NCBI GenBank assembly: GCA_036560885.1
Contig: DATBQJ010000146.1
Location: 1-63,979, forward strand
Source: Methylocella sp.
GTDB lineage: Bacteria; Pseudomonadota; Alphaproteobacteria; Rhizobiales; Beijerinckiaceae
Length of the DNA: 63,979 nucleotides
Direction of reading: 5' to 3'
The notes beneath the pieces were generated by a model, which searched no databases, was not told where the DNA came from, and saw only the letters and a program-made list of their open reading frames with translations. Within the stretch, counting starts at the first letter, position 1. Every line of letters starts with the position of its first letter. Both the position numbers and the translations under genes were made by a program. Positions 20,048 through 30,387 of this stretch are shown here, one piece after another.

Positions 20048-20869
20048 TTACGATTGTCCCTTGCGATAGGCTGCGAGGTCTTGGTCGGTAATACTCTTCG
20101 CCTCGGTCAGGCGATAATGACGTTCTTGAACGATTGAGACGTCGTTCCCGTCGAAATTCAGTTCGAACAACGCAATCACGTCATCGGCCATGAATTGCGC
20201 CGAAACGGGGCGCGGAATCGAATGCGCGTAACGAGGCTCGGTCTCGCAAAATGCCGTATCTTGAATCGTCTGGATCGCTCCGAGAAAATCGGTTCCGCCT
20301 TTTGCTTGCACGGGCACGACGTACTGCGCTCCGCGCGTATCGACGCCCACATATAGCTCGTCAATTTCGATCTGGCCGTAGTTGGGAATTTTGGTTCGGA
20401 GGTGGCTTTGCAGAGAATAGGCCGTGATTCCCAGAAAGGTATCAATCAATCGATTGTAACGAATCTTGGCGAGTAGCGCTTGCTCATCGGTGAAAGCGTA
20501 ATGCGCGATGATTTCCGGCGTCGCATCCGGAACCTTGCGAACCAGCAGCCCCGGTGTCGGTTCGATGTAAGCTAGGTTGCTCAATCTGAATCGATAGCGA
20601 GCGTCACCAGCGCCTAAAATCAGCCAATGTTTGCCTTCGGGTTGCGTGCCGAGAATGTTTGTCGGGAGCTTTTTACGATAACGGAATGTGTAAATTACGT
20701 CGCCTAAGTTCTTGGGCTTCTTTACACCCAGCGCGGGCGCAACTGCGTCAATCTCCTCGCGTTGGAATTCGAAGTCGGCGGAACCCGATGTGTAATAATC
20801 GAAAAATATCTTCTCAATGATCGCCCCGTAAGCCGTCGTTTTCTTATCTTTCTTAGAACTTTTAGCCAT
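20048..20869 (-). CDS. Putative type II restriction endonuclease (XorII-like by recall)
   Basis: 273 aa from MAKSSK; overlaps the methyltransferase stop; PD-(D/E)XK-like QIEIDELYVG...VPVQAK. Confidence 0.72.
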   Translation of the reverse strand: MAKSSKKDKKTTAYGAIIEKIFFDYYTSGSADFEFQREEIDAVAPALGVKKPKNLGDVIYTFRYRKKLPTNILGTQPEGKHWLILGAGDARYRFRLSNLAYIEPTPGLLVRKVPDATPEIIAHYAFTDEQALLAKIRYNRLIDTFLGITAYSLQSHLRTKIPNYGQIEIDELYVGVDTRGAQYVVPVQAKGGTDFLGAIQTIQDTAFCETEPRYAHSIPRPVSAQFMADDVIALFELNFDGNDVSIVQERHYRLTEAKSITDQDLAAYRKGQS

Positions 20870-22199
20870 GAACCACCCTAAGGCGGCTGCGAGCTTCCTC
20901 GATCTCGTGTTGCTTTCTTTTCTTCGCGCCGCTTTTGCGGTCGCGGCGGCCGATAGGCGGCACGACGCCGAAGTATTCCGCCGCCTCCGACATTTCCATG
21001 TAGAGCAACGCCGTATCGCCCAAATCGATTGACTGCTCGGGCCGCCCCGCACAAAGGCCGAAAACTCCAGTCACGGCCGTCGCGATCGCGTGGGCAAGGG
21101 GAGGAGGCACGGCGTTCCCGATCTGCCGTGCGCCGTGCCATTTGGTCGCGTGGAAGCGGAACCAGTCAGGAAAACCGTGAAGGCGCGCCATTTCACGCAC
21201 TGTGACGCAACGGGCGTGTTGGTAATGGATCGGTCGCGGACTGGTGAAAGCGCCGCGCGCGCCGTCCGTGCCGGCGCGCAGAGTGTTCGACAAGCCGTCG
21301 GACGACAACTTGAAAAAGCGGCTGATCGGTTCGACTTCGCCGGGGAATGTCTCCACATAACGACTGCGTGAAATAGCCGTATGCGTCGTGCGTGCACTCG
21401 ACGTGAGCACGCTCGGATTCCAGTTCCGCACATACCCGTAGTGCCATGCGTCGTTGCTGAGGCAGCGCAGGGTGGCGGCATAAGGGGCAGGCTTGCCGAA
21501 CGACGTCGTGCACACGGCGTCGGTGTCGATCAGCGTCTCGAAATGATCGGCGTCGGGTATGTCGCCAAGCGCGTCGCGGCATGTAGGTCCGTTTGGTAGG
21601 CCGGGAATCGGCCCCCGGTCGTCGACGGCATTGAAGAGGGGCGGAGGATACGAGGGGAGCCTCTCGCCTTTCTTCGCGCCGAGCAGGATGAGGCGTTGCC
21701 TATGCTGTGGCACGCCGTAGCTGGCGGCGTCCAAAACGTGCCACGGCAAGCGCACGGCATAACCCGCGCGATCGAAGGCAGCGACCAGTTCATCGAGGAA
21801 GATGCGATGCGTGCCAACAGTGAGTCCTTTTACGTTTTCGAAGACGAAGGTGCGTGCATTCAGTTCGGCGACGATGCGTACGAATTCGAGTACGAGATTG
21901 TTGCGCGGATCTTCGAATGCTCGCTGTCCGATCAACGAAAAGCCTTGGCAGGGCGGCCCGCCGAATACGCAATCGATCGGCCGGTTGCCGATGCCCGCGG
22001 CCAAACGGATATCGGCCGCCTTTAACCCGATAACCGATCGCGGCAGAACGGCCGTGTCGGGAAAGTTGAATTTGTGGATAGCGCAATGAACCGGGTCGAT
22101 TTCGACGGCAGCCGCCACATCGAAGCCCGCCTGTTCGAATCCGAGGCTCATGCCCCCCGCTCCAGCAAAGAGATCGATTCCGATTGGTCGTTTCTCCAT
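20862..22199 (-). CDS. dcm: DNA (cytosine-5)-methyltransferase
   Basis: Motifs I DLFAGAGG, IV GGPPCQGFS, VI ENVKG, VIII QHRQR and X GNAVPP. Confidence 0.95.
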   Translation of the reverse strand: MEKRPIGIDLFAGAGGMSLGFEQAGFDVAAAVEIDPVHCAIHKFNFPDTAVLPRSVIGLKAADIRLAAGIGNRPIDCVFGGPPCQGFSLIGQRAFEDPRNNLVLEFVRIVAELNARTFVFENVKGLTVGTHRIFLDELVAAFDRAGYAVRLPWHVLDAASYGVPQHRQRLILLGAKKGERLPSYPPPLFNAVDDRGPIPGLPNGPTCRDALGDIPDADHFETLIDTDAVCTTSFGKPAPYAATLRCLSNDAWHYGYVRNWNPSVLTSSARTTHTAISRSRYVETFPGEVEPISRFFKLSSDGLSNTLRAGTDGARGAFTSPRPIHYQHARCVTVREMARLHGFPDWFRFHATKWHGARQIGNAVPPPLAHAIATAVTGVFGLCAGRPEQSIDLGDTALLYMEMSEAAEYFGVVPPIGRRDRKSGAKKRKQHEIEEARSRLRVVHG

Positions 22200-22223
22200 A
22201 GGTCCTCCACCACTGAATCGGGG

Positions 22224-22255
22224 ATGCTAGCAGTGTTGGAACATTATGTCGATCG
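22224..22255 (-). promoter_or_regulatory. Predicted methyltransferase promoter with a CGATCG site overlapping the -35 box
   Basis: The minus strand reads TCGACA (22252-22247)-N17-TAGCAT (22229-22224), then GGAGG and the ATG at 22199. CGATCG lies at 22250-22255. Confidence 0.6.
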
Positions 22256-22271
22256 GAAACTTACATGAAAC

Positions 22272-22682
22272 TTACGACGCACTTAAGAATTCCACGATTC
22301 GTTGCCGAAGAGCCGGGCGATCTTTGGTTTGGCACTGCCAAACGGTAAAAACCCGCCATCCGAGTGTGGCCAGGGCCGCCACGGCCGCCGTATCGCGCTC
22401 GCGATTGCGGGCGATCTTGGGTTGCCAGAATTCGAGGCGAGACTTGGGCAAGCGGCCGATTTTGCAGCCGTGGCCATGCCAGAAACATCCGTGAACGAAA
22501 ATTACCTTGTGGCGGGTGGGAAAACACAAATCGGGATTGCCGGGGAGGTCTTTGCGGTGAAGCCGGAAGCGGAATCCGGCTGCATGGGCGAGGCGGCGCA
22601 CAAGTAGTTCTGGCGCCGTGTCTTTGCCCCGAACGCGCCGCATGAGGTTGCTGCGCTGTTCGATCGTCAGCCGATCCGTCAT
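22272..22682 (-). CDS. vsr: Very short patch repair endonuclease
   Basis: RS.LMRRVRGKDTAPE, LPGNPD, FVHGCFWHGH, VWQC. Confidence 0.95.
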   Translation of the reverse strand: MTDRLTIEQRSNLMRRVRGKDTAPELLVRRLAHAAGFRFRLHRKDLPGNPDLCFPTRHKVIFVHGCFWHGHGCKIGRLPKSRLEFWQPKIARNRERDTAAVAALATLGWRVFTVWQCQTKDRPALRQRIVEFLSAS

Positions 22683-22843
22683 TGGGCGCTCGCACCGTAC
22701 CGAGGAAGGGGCTTTTCTGTCCCCGGGTGAGTCGGTCTCCGTCCCGCCACCGCAGGCTTAACTCTAGCACAACTGACATTCGCCAAGTTGCAAGGACGAG
22801 GGCTTCCGTGTGGAGTCTCCCGACGCGCCGACGCCCGCGCAAA

Positions 22844-24802
22844 TCAGACCGTCACCTGGGCGCCGAGCTCGACGACGCGATCGGACGGAATGGAGAAAAA
22901 GTCGGTCGCGTTCGCCGCTTGCCGCGACAGCGCGATAAAAAGCCGGTCCTGCCACAAAGGCATCTCCGACTTAGGCGCAGGCCTGATCGTCCGGCGGCCC
23001 AGGATGAATGATGTCGTCATGATGTCGCATTTCATGCCGGCCTTGCGCAATAGGGCCAGCGCCGCTGGAACGCGCGGACTTTCCATATAACCAAAATGCA
23101 AAATTACGCAGGTAAAATCCTCGGAAAGTTTTTCAATCTGATAGCGCTTGCTGTAGGCCACACGGGGCGTGTTTTCGGTCATGACCGACAAAAGCCAGAC
23201 GCGTTCGTGCAAAACCTTGTTGTGTTTGAGATTGTGCAGCAGGGCAGGGGGCGCGATCTCAGGCGAATTCGTGAGGAAAATCGCAGTTCCGGGTACCCGT
23301 ATCGGTTTCGATTTCTCCAGCATCCGGATGAGATCGGGAATGGGGATCGAATCGCGGCGAAGTTTTTCGGTGAGAATATGAGTGCCGCGAACCCAGGTCC
23401 ACATCACGATCATCGCGCCGCCCGCGAGCATCAGTGGCACCCAGCCGCCATCGACGATCTTCATGAGATTGGCGGTAAGAAAAGCAAGATCGATCGCGAG
23501 GAATCCAGATACGAACAGCGCCGCGAGCCAGACCGGCCAATGCCAGCATTTCCACACGACCACGAAGGCGAGCGCGGTGGTCACCACCATCGTGCCGGTG
23601 ACCGCGATGCCATAGGCGGACGCCAGCGCACTCGAACTCTTGAACAACATCACCAGCAGGAGAACCCCGAGCAAGAGCAGACGGTTAATGCGCGGAATGA
23701 AGATCTGGCCTTCCTGGGTGTCCGAGGTGTGCAAGATAAGCATTCGCGGCAACAGTCCGAGCTGGATCGCCTGGCGGGCCAGCGAGAAGGCGCCGGTGAT
23801 GACCGCCTGGCTCGCGATGACCGTGGCAATCGTGGAAAGAATGACCAGCGGCAGCAGCGCCCAGTGCGGCGCGAGAAGGAAAAACGGATTTTCCACCGCC
23901 ATCGGATCGGCGAGAACGAGCGCCCCTTGGCCGAGATAATTCAAGGTCAGCGCCGGCAGCACGAAGACCATCCACGCTGTCTGGATGGGGGCGCGGCCGA
24001 AATGGCCCATGTCCGCGTAAAGCGCCTCCGCTCCGGTCACCGCAAGAAATACCGAACCCAGCACCACAAAACCGAGCATGCCGTGGTCGAACAAAAACCT
24101 TAAACCGTGAATCGGGTTGAAGGCCTGAAGAATGCGTGGCGCATCGCCAATGTGGGCCGCGCCGAGAAGGCCGATCGTCAGAAAAAAAACCGCCATGACC
24201 GGGCCGAAGAAGGCGGCGACGCGCGCGGTCCCGCGCCTTTGCGCCCAGAAGATCGAAATCAGAATGACGACGGTGAGCGGGAGGATATAGGCCGAAAAAA
24301 CCGGCGTGACGAGTTCGAGGCCTTCAAGCGCGGAAAGAACCGAGATCGCCGGTGTGATGACCGCGTCGCCTGAAAACAGCGCCGCCCCCGCGACGCCAAG
24401 AAAAAAAACCGGCGCCACACCATGACCGAGTGCTGATTGGGCCAGCGCCATCAGCGACAAGGTGCCACCTTCGCCCTTGTTGTCGGCGTACATAAGAAAT
24501 AGCACATATTTCGCGGTCACCGTGAAAAACAATGCCCAAATCAGCAGCGACACGGTTCCAATCACGCCCGCATCGGTCACCCCGGTGGCTTTGATATGAT
24601 GAAGCGATTCGCGCAGCGCATAGAGGGGGCTCGTCCCGATGTCGCCATAGACGACGCCAAGCGACCCGAGCGCCATCGCGGCAAAGGCGGTTTTTCGCGG
24701 GACCGGGGCTACGGGATCGCACGCGTCCCCCCGCGCGGTCGGCGGGCCTTGCTCTTGCGCGATTTGTCGCCCCATTCGAATGTCCTTCGAATCCGCCGTC
24801 AT
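22844..24802 (-). CDS. kup: Potassium transporter Kup
   Basis: [38 protein letters not shown]. Confidence 0.96.
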   Translation of the reverse strand: MTADSKDIRMGRQIAQEQGPPTARGDACDPVAPVPRKTAFAAMALGSLGVVYGDIGTSPLYALRESLHHIKATGVTDAGVIGTVSLLIWALFFTVTAKYVLFLMYADNKGEGGTLSLMALAQSALGHGVAPVFFLGVAGAALFSGDAVITPAISVLSALEGLELVTPVFSAYILPLTVVILISIFWAQRRGTARVAAFFGPVMAVFFLTIGLLGAAHIGDAPRILQAFNPIHGLRFLFDHGMLGFVVLGSVFLAVTGAEALYADMGHFGRAPIQTAWMVFVLPALTLNYLGQGALVLADPMAVENPFFLLAPHWALLPLVILSTIATVIASQAVITGAFSLARQAIQLGLLPRMLILHTSDTQEGQIFIPRINRLLLLGVLLLVMLFKSSSALASAYGIAVTGTMVVTTALAFVVVWKCWHWPVWLAALFVSGFLAIDLAFLTANLMKIVDGGWVPLMLAGGAMIVMWTWVRGTHILTEKLRRDSIPIPDLIRMLEKSKPIRVPGTAIFLTNSPEIAPPALLHNLKHNKVLHERVWLLSVMTENTPRVAYSKRYQIEKLSEDFTCVILHFGYMESPRVPAALALLRKAGMKCDIMTTSFILGRRTIRPAPKSEMPLWQDRLFIALSRQAANATDFFSIPSDRVVELGAQVTV

Positions 24803-25238
24803 GCGCCGGTAGAATTGCCGGAACCTTGTTGTTGCATTGCAATATAGTCGTTTCCAGGCCGGGAGAGAAGGGGGTGGTTTTGACCGATGGCCCGGTGGAG
24901 GTGCCGGAGTTGGTCATGATCCGAGCCGGAATAAGCCTCTTCGGCCTGGGGCCGCCGAGCCTTGTGATCCATATGCGCCAGGAACCATGAACCAAGCAAA
25001 TGGTTGCGCGGTTTTGTGAAAAGCCCCTGCGAAGTTAGGCGATAATTTTTCATGCCGGCAATAGCCACGGGAACGTGAGACTTTATCAAATAATGGGCGC
25101 GCGGCCTTGCGTGAAGGGTTGACGGCCGGCCGCCAAAATGTGGCGGCGCTCGAACCAACAAGGATTATGCGTAATCTTCCATACCGTGCGATGTCCACAG
25201 CCCGGATCACATTGTAAAGCGCTGCAAGAGGCTAGACT

Positions 25239-26084
25239 TTAGCGGCCGATGTCCACGTAAGCACTGAAGTCCGGCGGAAGAATGGGCTGGGCGCCGGTAA
25301 TAATTTTTGGCAGGGAAACGCGAGCTAGCCTATGGGCGGCGGGATACGTGACATTTAACGGCCGGTGCGCCGGTAGCGGGACGGCTTGCGGGGCCTCGGC
25401 GGGCGTTGGTTCGCTTGCCGGCTCGCCGGGCGATTGGACCACGATGCCGCCGGCCGCGGGCATGAGTTCCACCGGGCGCGTTGACGGCAGCGGTATGTCC
25501 GCGAGCAAAACGCTGGCCAGCACAGGTTTCGCGGCCGGCTGCGGCGAAGCCGCCGCGCGATCGTGTTTCGCCACCTCGCCGGTGCTGAAGACCGACAGCA
25601 TTTTGTCCATCACGCCAGCGAGGAAAGGCTTTTCGGCGCCGGGCTCTGCGGCAAGGGGAGGCTTCCCAGCGGCGGCCGATGCGGCCATAATCCTTGTCGC
25701 AATGGTCTTGGGCGCGTTGCAATCCCTGATCCCAAGCTCAATCAATTCGCTTCCGCTCAAAACTTTGTAATGCCGGGTCAAGGTTCCAAGCCGCGCCCGC
25801 ACGGCGGCCGGATAGGATTCAAATAATTGTTGCGAAACCTCAGGGTTGGTTTGATGATTGCGGGGATCGTAGGCAAGATGAAATTTGAGCGTGCTGCCTG
25901 GATAGACGCAAACATTGGGCAGGCCGAGCGCCATGGTGCAAGCCGAGCGGCACTCGTGCAGTCTGACCTCGCGTTCCGACGCCCGGTAGATCGCGGTTTG
26001 ACTCTGGTAATCCGCGACGACGCCCCCGACATCCTTCATGACGATGACGGGCGCCGGCATCGGCGGCGGCTCAAGATAACTCAA
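25239..26084 (-). CDS. Hypothetical protein (N-terminal D.GG...C.SACT domain, Pro/Ala-rich tail)
   Basis: Coherent ORF with DVGG and ECRSACTM motifs reminiscent of ClpP/crotonase-like alphaproteobacterial hypotheticals; start uncertain. Confidence 0.6.
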   Translation of the reverse strand: MSYLEPPPMPAPVIVMKDVGGVVADYQSQTAIYRASEREVRLHECRSACTMALGLPNVCVYPGSTLKFHLAYDPRNHQTNPEVSQQLFESYPAAVRARLGTLTRHYKVLSGSELIELGIRDCNAPKTIATRIMAASAAAGKPPLAAEPGAEKPFLAGVMDKMLSVFSTGEVAKHDRAAASPQPAAKPVLASVLLADIPLPSTRPVELMPAAGGIVVQSPGEPASEPTPAEAPQAVPLPAHRPLNVTYPAAHRLARVSLPKIITGAQPILPPDFSAYVDIGR

Positions 26085-26335
26085 TACCCACCTTGCAACT
26101 CATATTCGCCGGGCCCAACGCGATGCTTTTTGAGCCGTGCCCTCTCCAAACATAAGTAAACGTGGTGTACCCATTCTTAACAAATCGCGGCGAAACTGCG
26201 GATTCTGGCGCCTGCTCGATATCGATCATCCGAGCGCGATTTTGCTTTTAAATGAAGCGCGACATTGACCGCGTGGATTAATCCGTAGTGATGCCGGGAG
26301 CCCGGCGGCTGTCCAGGTTGGCGTGAGCAAAAAAG

Positions 26336-27505
26336 ATGTCCTTGCAAAACAATATCGCCGCCGGTCCAGGCTTTGGAGTCTATGTGCATTGGCCGTTTTG
26401 CCTCTCCAAATGTCCTTATTGCGATTTCAACAGCCATGTGCGCGCGAAGCCGGTCGACGAGGCCCGTTTTGTAGCGGCCATAAGGTCGGAACTCGCGCAC
26501 CGCGCGGCGTTGACCCAAGGCCGCACGGTAGCCTCGATCTTTTTTGGGGGCGGCACGCCATCCTTGATGAAGCCGCAAACAACCGCCGCCATCCTCGACG
26601 CGATCGCCGCGCTCTGGCCGGTCGCGCCCAAGGTCGAGATCACCTTGGAGGCCAATCCGACAAGCGTCGAGGCGGAGCGGTTGCGCGGCTTCCGGGCGGC
26701 CGGCGTCAACCGTGTTTCGCTTGGCGTCCAAGCGATGAACGACGCGGATTTGAAAGCGCTCGGCAGGGGCCACACGGCCGAGGAGGCGATGCGCGCAGTG
26801 GACCTCGCGGGAGTCGTCTTCGAGCGCTATTCCTTCGATCTGATCTATGCGCGGCCCGGCCAAACGACAGCCGGCTGGCGGGACGAATTGGAGCGCGCGA
26901 TTCTCCGCGCGCGCGATCATATCTCGCTTTATCAGCTCACGATCGAGCCAGACACGATGTTCGAGCGCTTGCGCGATGCGGGCAAGCTGAGCGTCCCCGA
27001 TAATGATCGCGCCCGCGCAATGTGGGACGTGACCCAGGATGTCACGTCGAAGGCCGGGCTTCCCGCCTATGAAATTTCCAATCACGCGCGCCCTGGCGCG
27101 GAGAGCCGGCACAACCTCATCTATTGGAGATATGGCGAATATGTCGGCGCTGGGCCCGGCGCGCATGGCCGGATTTTGACGGCAGAAGGCCGCCGCGCGC
27201 AAGCGACGGAGCGCCATCCCGAAACGTGGCTGACCGTGGTCGAGAGCGAAGGCCATGCCTTGGTCGAAGACGATTATTTGTCGGCGGAGGCGCAGGGCGA
27301 CGAATTCCTGCTGATGGGCTTGCGTCTTGCCGAAGGAATCGAGCCGTCCGAGTTCCTGGCGATGTCTGGCCGGAGTCTCGATCCCGGCCGCGTTGCCTCG
27401 CTCATCGCCGATGGCATGGTCGAATATACGTCACGCGGGCGCCTTAGGGTTAGCGCGGAAGGCTTTCCGGTGCTAGACGCGGTCGTCGCCGATCTCGCCG
27501 CCTGA
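26336..27505 (+). CDS. hemW: Radical SAM heme chaperone HemW
   Basis: YVHWPFCLSKCPYCDFNS, FFGGGTPS, YEISNHA, HNLIYW. Confidence 0.93.
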   Translation: MSLQNNIAAGPGFGVYVHWPFCLSKCPYCDFNSHVRAKPVDEARFVAAIRSELAHRAALTQGRTVASIFFGGGTPSLMKPQTTAAILDAIAALWPVAPKVEITLEANPTSVEAERLRGFRAAGVNRVSLGVQAMNDADLKALGRGHTAEEAMRAVDLAGVVFERYSFDLIYARPGQTTAGWRDELERAILRARDHISLYQLTIEPDTMFERLRDAGKLSVPDNDRARAMWDVTQDVTSKAGLPAYEISNHARPGAESRHNLIYWRYGEYVGAGPGAHGRILTAEGRRAQATERHPETWLTVVESEGHALVEDDYLSAEAQGDEFLLMGLRLAEGIEPSEFLAMSGRSLDPGRVASLIADGMVEYTSRGRLRVSAEGFPVLDAVVADLAA

Positions 27506-27573
27506 GCAAGGGAAACCGTCCGAGCCCCTATGGCGCTTGATTCTTGGGCCATCACCAATATGGCGCGGGGCAG

Positions 27574-27783
27574 GCCGACCTCTACGATCCCGATGTCATG
27601 CCGGAGGAACTGCGCAAGGCGCATCGCGCGCTCGACAAGGCGGTCGATAGGCTCTATCGCAAGGAGCCATTTGCGAGTGACCGCGAGCGCGTTGAGCATC
27701 TTTTCGGCCTGTACGAAAAGCTCACCACGCCGATGCTCGCTGCAGCCGCCGCCGCCAAACCCAAGCGGGGCCGGAAAAAGTGA
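27574..27783 (+). pseudogene. C-terminal remnant of an MmeI-like (type IIL) restriction-modification enzyme
   Basis: ADLYDPDVMPEELRKAHRALDKAVDRLY...F.SDRERVEHLFGLYEKLT matches MmeI/YeeA C-termini; the rest of the gene is absent. Confidence 0.8.
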
Positions 27784-28079
27784 AAGGCCGGCAACAAGGT
27801 TGGCCGCAACTATTTCCAATGAATTAATATCTACCACTCTAGACGTCCGTGAGTGCATACTCGCCATAATACTTGCGATAAAATTAATTAACAGAATAAC
27901 GTAGTGTTAACAAACTCGAATCGTAAAATTTATCTTTACTTAATATTTGATTTTCCTAAGCATATAAAGCTTGGATTCAGCGTGTTGCTTAAACTGGTTT
28001 TCATTTGTGATTCGTATTTTGGTTTGCATCGACGCGCCGGCAGGCAAGTCGCCGCAATGCAAACGAAGAGGTTAATCCC

Positions 28080-28589
28080 ATGTTGAGTGTCCAGAAAAGC
28101 GAGGCCGCGCAGCCTCGCGCCGTGCTTGCTGAGGTCCGGCCGGCCTATCTCGAGGCTTTGACGCTGGTCGAGAGGCTACATCGCCGCCTTCTCGACGTGA
28201 TTAAGGACGAATTCGACCGGCGCGGCCGCAGCGACATCAACTCCGTGCAAGCCTTGCTGCTTTATAATATCAGCGACAAGGAATTGACCGCCGGCGAATT
28301 AAGGACGCGCGGCTATTACCTTGGTTCGAACGTCTCTTATAATGTCAAGAAACTGGTCGAAACCGGCTATCTGCATCATGCGCGCTCGCGCATTGACCGC
28401 CGCGCCGTGCGAATCAGCCTGACCGACAAGGGCAGGGACGTCCACACCATCGTCTCTGGGCTCTACGACAAGCATGCCGCCACGGTGGAGCAAATCGGTG
28501 GAATCAACTCCGGCGAGTTCGCAAGACTTAACCAATCGCTGGTCCGGCTCGAACGTTTCTGGACAGACCAGATAAGGTACAGACTGTGA
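28080..28589 (+). CDS. ldtR: MarR-family transcriptional regulator LdtR
   Basis: LVERLHRRLLDVIKDEFDRRG..DINSVQALLLYNI...RGYYLGSNVSYN; lies upstream of an L,D-transpeptidase. Confidence 0.9.
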   Translation: MLSVQKSEAAQPRAVLAEVRPAYLEALTLVERLHRRLLDVIKDEFDRRGRSDINSVQALLLYNISDKELTAGELRTRGYYLGSNVSYNVKKLVETGYLHHARSRIDRRAVRISLTDKGRDVHTIVSGLYDKHAATVEQIGGINSGEFARLNQSLVRLERFWTDQIRYRL

Positions 28590-28835
28590 CCCGCAGGATA
28601 CGATGCGAAGCTAAAGATTAAATCTGACTGCGGGAGCCCTTTGCCCCGGGTTATTTTGGACACGGTGTTATTTCGAACCTAATCGCCACAAATTCGCCGT
28701 CCTGTTTGCGCCTTTGTTGTCGCTCGGCGCCACCTTGAAAGAAAAGCAGGTCACGCTGCTCGTGTCTTGAGTTTGGGTGTTAACTAGGTCTTCACGAAGC
28801 TCTTCCAAACCAATTGACGCATCAGGCCGGGAGGC

Positions 28836-30317
28836 ATGGCCGCGCCGGATCGTCTGAGACCGGGATATTGTCCGCCCGTGCCGGATCGCAGCACACAGCC
28901 GAATAAGCATTGGAAGGGCGTAGGATTGGAGGTCGAGACATTGGGATTCAAAACGAAAAAAGATTTGTCGCGCCTGGCGAATCGTCATTGTTGCCAATTT
29001 GGGCGGGCGGCGGTTGTAATCACCGCCTTCGGTTTAATTCATGCCGCCGGCGCGGCCGCCGAGCCGCGCTACGCAGCTTTCGGCGAGCAGGCCGAATGGG
29101 CGCAACGTTACGATGCTGATCCTCGCCTTTCGGTCCATCGCTCCAACACGCCGGTTCTCTCGGTCGAATCCATGGCGGCGACCGAACAAGCCATCGAATC
29201 CTACCGTCAAATCGTTGCCAATGGCGGCTGGGTCACGGTTCCTGCGGGACAGACTCTCAAACTCGGCGTAAACGGCCAGGCCGTGGTCGCGCTGCGCAAA
29301 CGGCTCGTGGCGTCGGGCGATCTCGATCCCTCGGCAGGTGCTTCGCCGGTCTTCGATTCCTACGTCGATGCCGCGGTGAAACATTTTCAGGCCCGCCACG
29401 GTCTGCTCCAGAGCGGGGTGGTCTCAAAGGAGACCTTTATCGCGCTCAATATCCCGGCAGATGTGCGGCTGCACCAGCTCGAGGTGAACCTCGTCCGATT
29501 GCGCTCCTATTCCGGCAACCTTGGCGAACGTTTCGTCATGGCGAATATCCCGGCGATGGCTGTCGAGACGGTCGAGAACGGCGTTGTCGTGACACATCAC
29601 GCGGCGGGCGTCGGCAAGATCGACCGCCAATCGCCGGTCATGATGACGAAGGCGATCGACATTAATTTCAATCCGTATTGGACCGTGCCCGCTTCGATCA
29701 TCCGCAAGGATTTGATCCCGCGCATGCAAAAGGATCAAAATTATCTGGCCGACCATAAGATCCGGATTTTCGACAAGGACGGCCAGGAGCTACAATCCGG
29801 TCAGATCAATTGGAACTCGCTTGATGCAGTCAATTATAAATTCCGCCAGGATCCGGGTGGCGATCTCAATTCGCTTGGCGTGGTGCGCATCAACATCAAC
29901 AATCCCTATGGTGTCTATATGCATGACACCCCCGAGAAAGGCATTTTTGGCGACGATGACCGGTTTGTGTCGTCCGGCTGTATCCGGGTCCAAAATGTTC
30001 GCGATTATGTGACCTGGTTGCTCAAGGACACGCCGGGTTGGGATCGCGATCATATCGACGAAGTGATCCGCTCGGGTGAACGTGTGGATGCAAAGCTCGC
30101 CGCTCCTGTTCCGGTATATTGGGTGTACATCACGGCGTGGGCCACACCGGAGGGTCTTGCCGAGTTCCGCGAAGATATTTATCAGCGCGACGGTTTCGGG
30201 CCGGAAACGGCCGCCGACGCTTCCCCGGCCCCGCTCCCGCAAGTGCAACCGCCGCCGCAACCCCGCGCGGTCAGCGTGCGAAGTACCGTTCTCGAACCGA
30301 TGAATGACGACGAATAA
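28836..30317 (+). CDS. Murein L,D-transpeptidase (YcbB-like) with peptidoglycan-binding domain
   Basis: AVKHFQARHGL; YMHDTP...SSGCIRV catalytic motif; true start probably somewhat downstream. Confidence 0.9.
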   Translation: MAAPDRLRPGYCPPVPDRSTQPNKHWKGVGLEVETLGFKTKKDLSRLANRHCCQFGRAAVVITAFGLIHAAGAAAEPRYAAFGEQAEWAQRYDADPRLSVHRSNTPVLSVESMAATEQAIESYRQIVANGGWVTVPAGQTLKLGVNGQAVVALRKRLVASGDLDPSAGASPVFDSYVDAAVKHFQARHGLLQSGVVSKETFIALNIPADVRLHQLEVNLVRLRSYSGNLGERFVMANIPAMAVETVENGVVVTHHAAGVGKIDRQSPVMMTKAIDINFNPYWTVPASIIRKDLIPRMQKDQNYLADHKIRIFDKDGQELQSGQINWNSLDAVNYKFRQDPGGDLNSLGVVRININNPYGVYMHDTPEKGIFGDDDRFVSSGCIRVQNVRDYVTWLLKDTPGWDRDHIDEVIRSGERVDAKLAAPVPVYWVYITAWATPEGLAEFREDIYQRDGFGPETAADASPAPLPQVQPPPQPRAVSVRSTVLEPMNDDE

Positions 30318-30387
30318 TTTCTGCCTCGAGTGGCAACGGCCGAAAGGCGGTGGGGGCGATGGACCACGCCGACCTTCGCCTCCGGCA

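Noticed and set aside
19727-20091. Short ORFs containing MFHVKH or NVSRET, and the N-terminal extension of ORF 1167..1913
   Set aside because: These peptides are translations of the parS-core palindrome, not credible proteins.
27820-28000. CtrA or LdtR boxes in the AT-rich region upstream of ldtR
   Set aside because: Several TTAA half-sites are present, but no clean TTAA-N7-TTAA match could be supported.
29376-29387. GTGAAACATTTT resembling a parS-repeat half
   Set aside because: It lies inside the L,D-transpeptidase and encodes the conserved VKHF motif, so it is probably coincidental.
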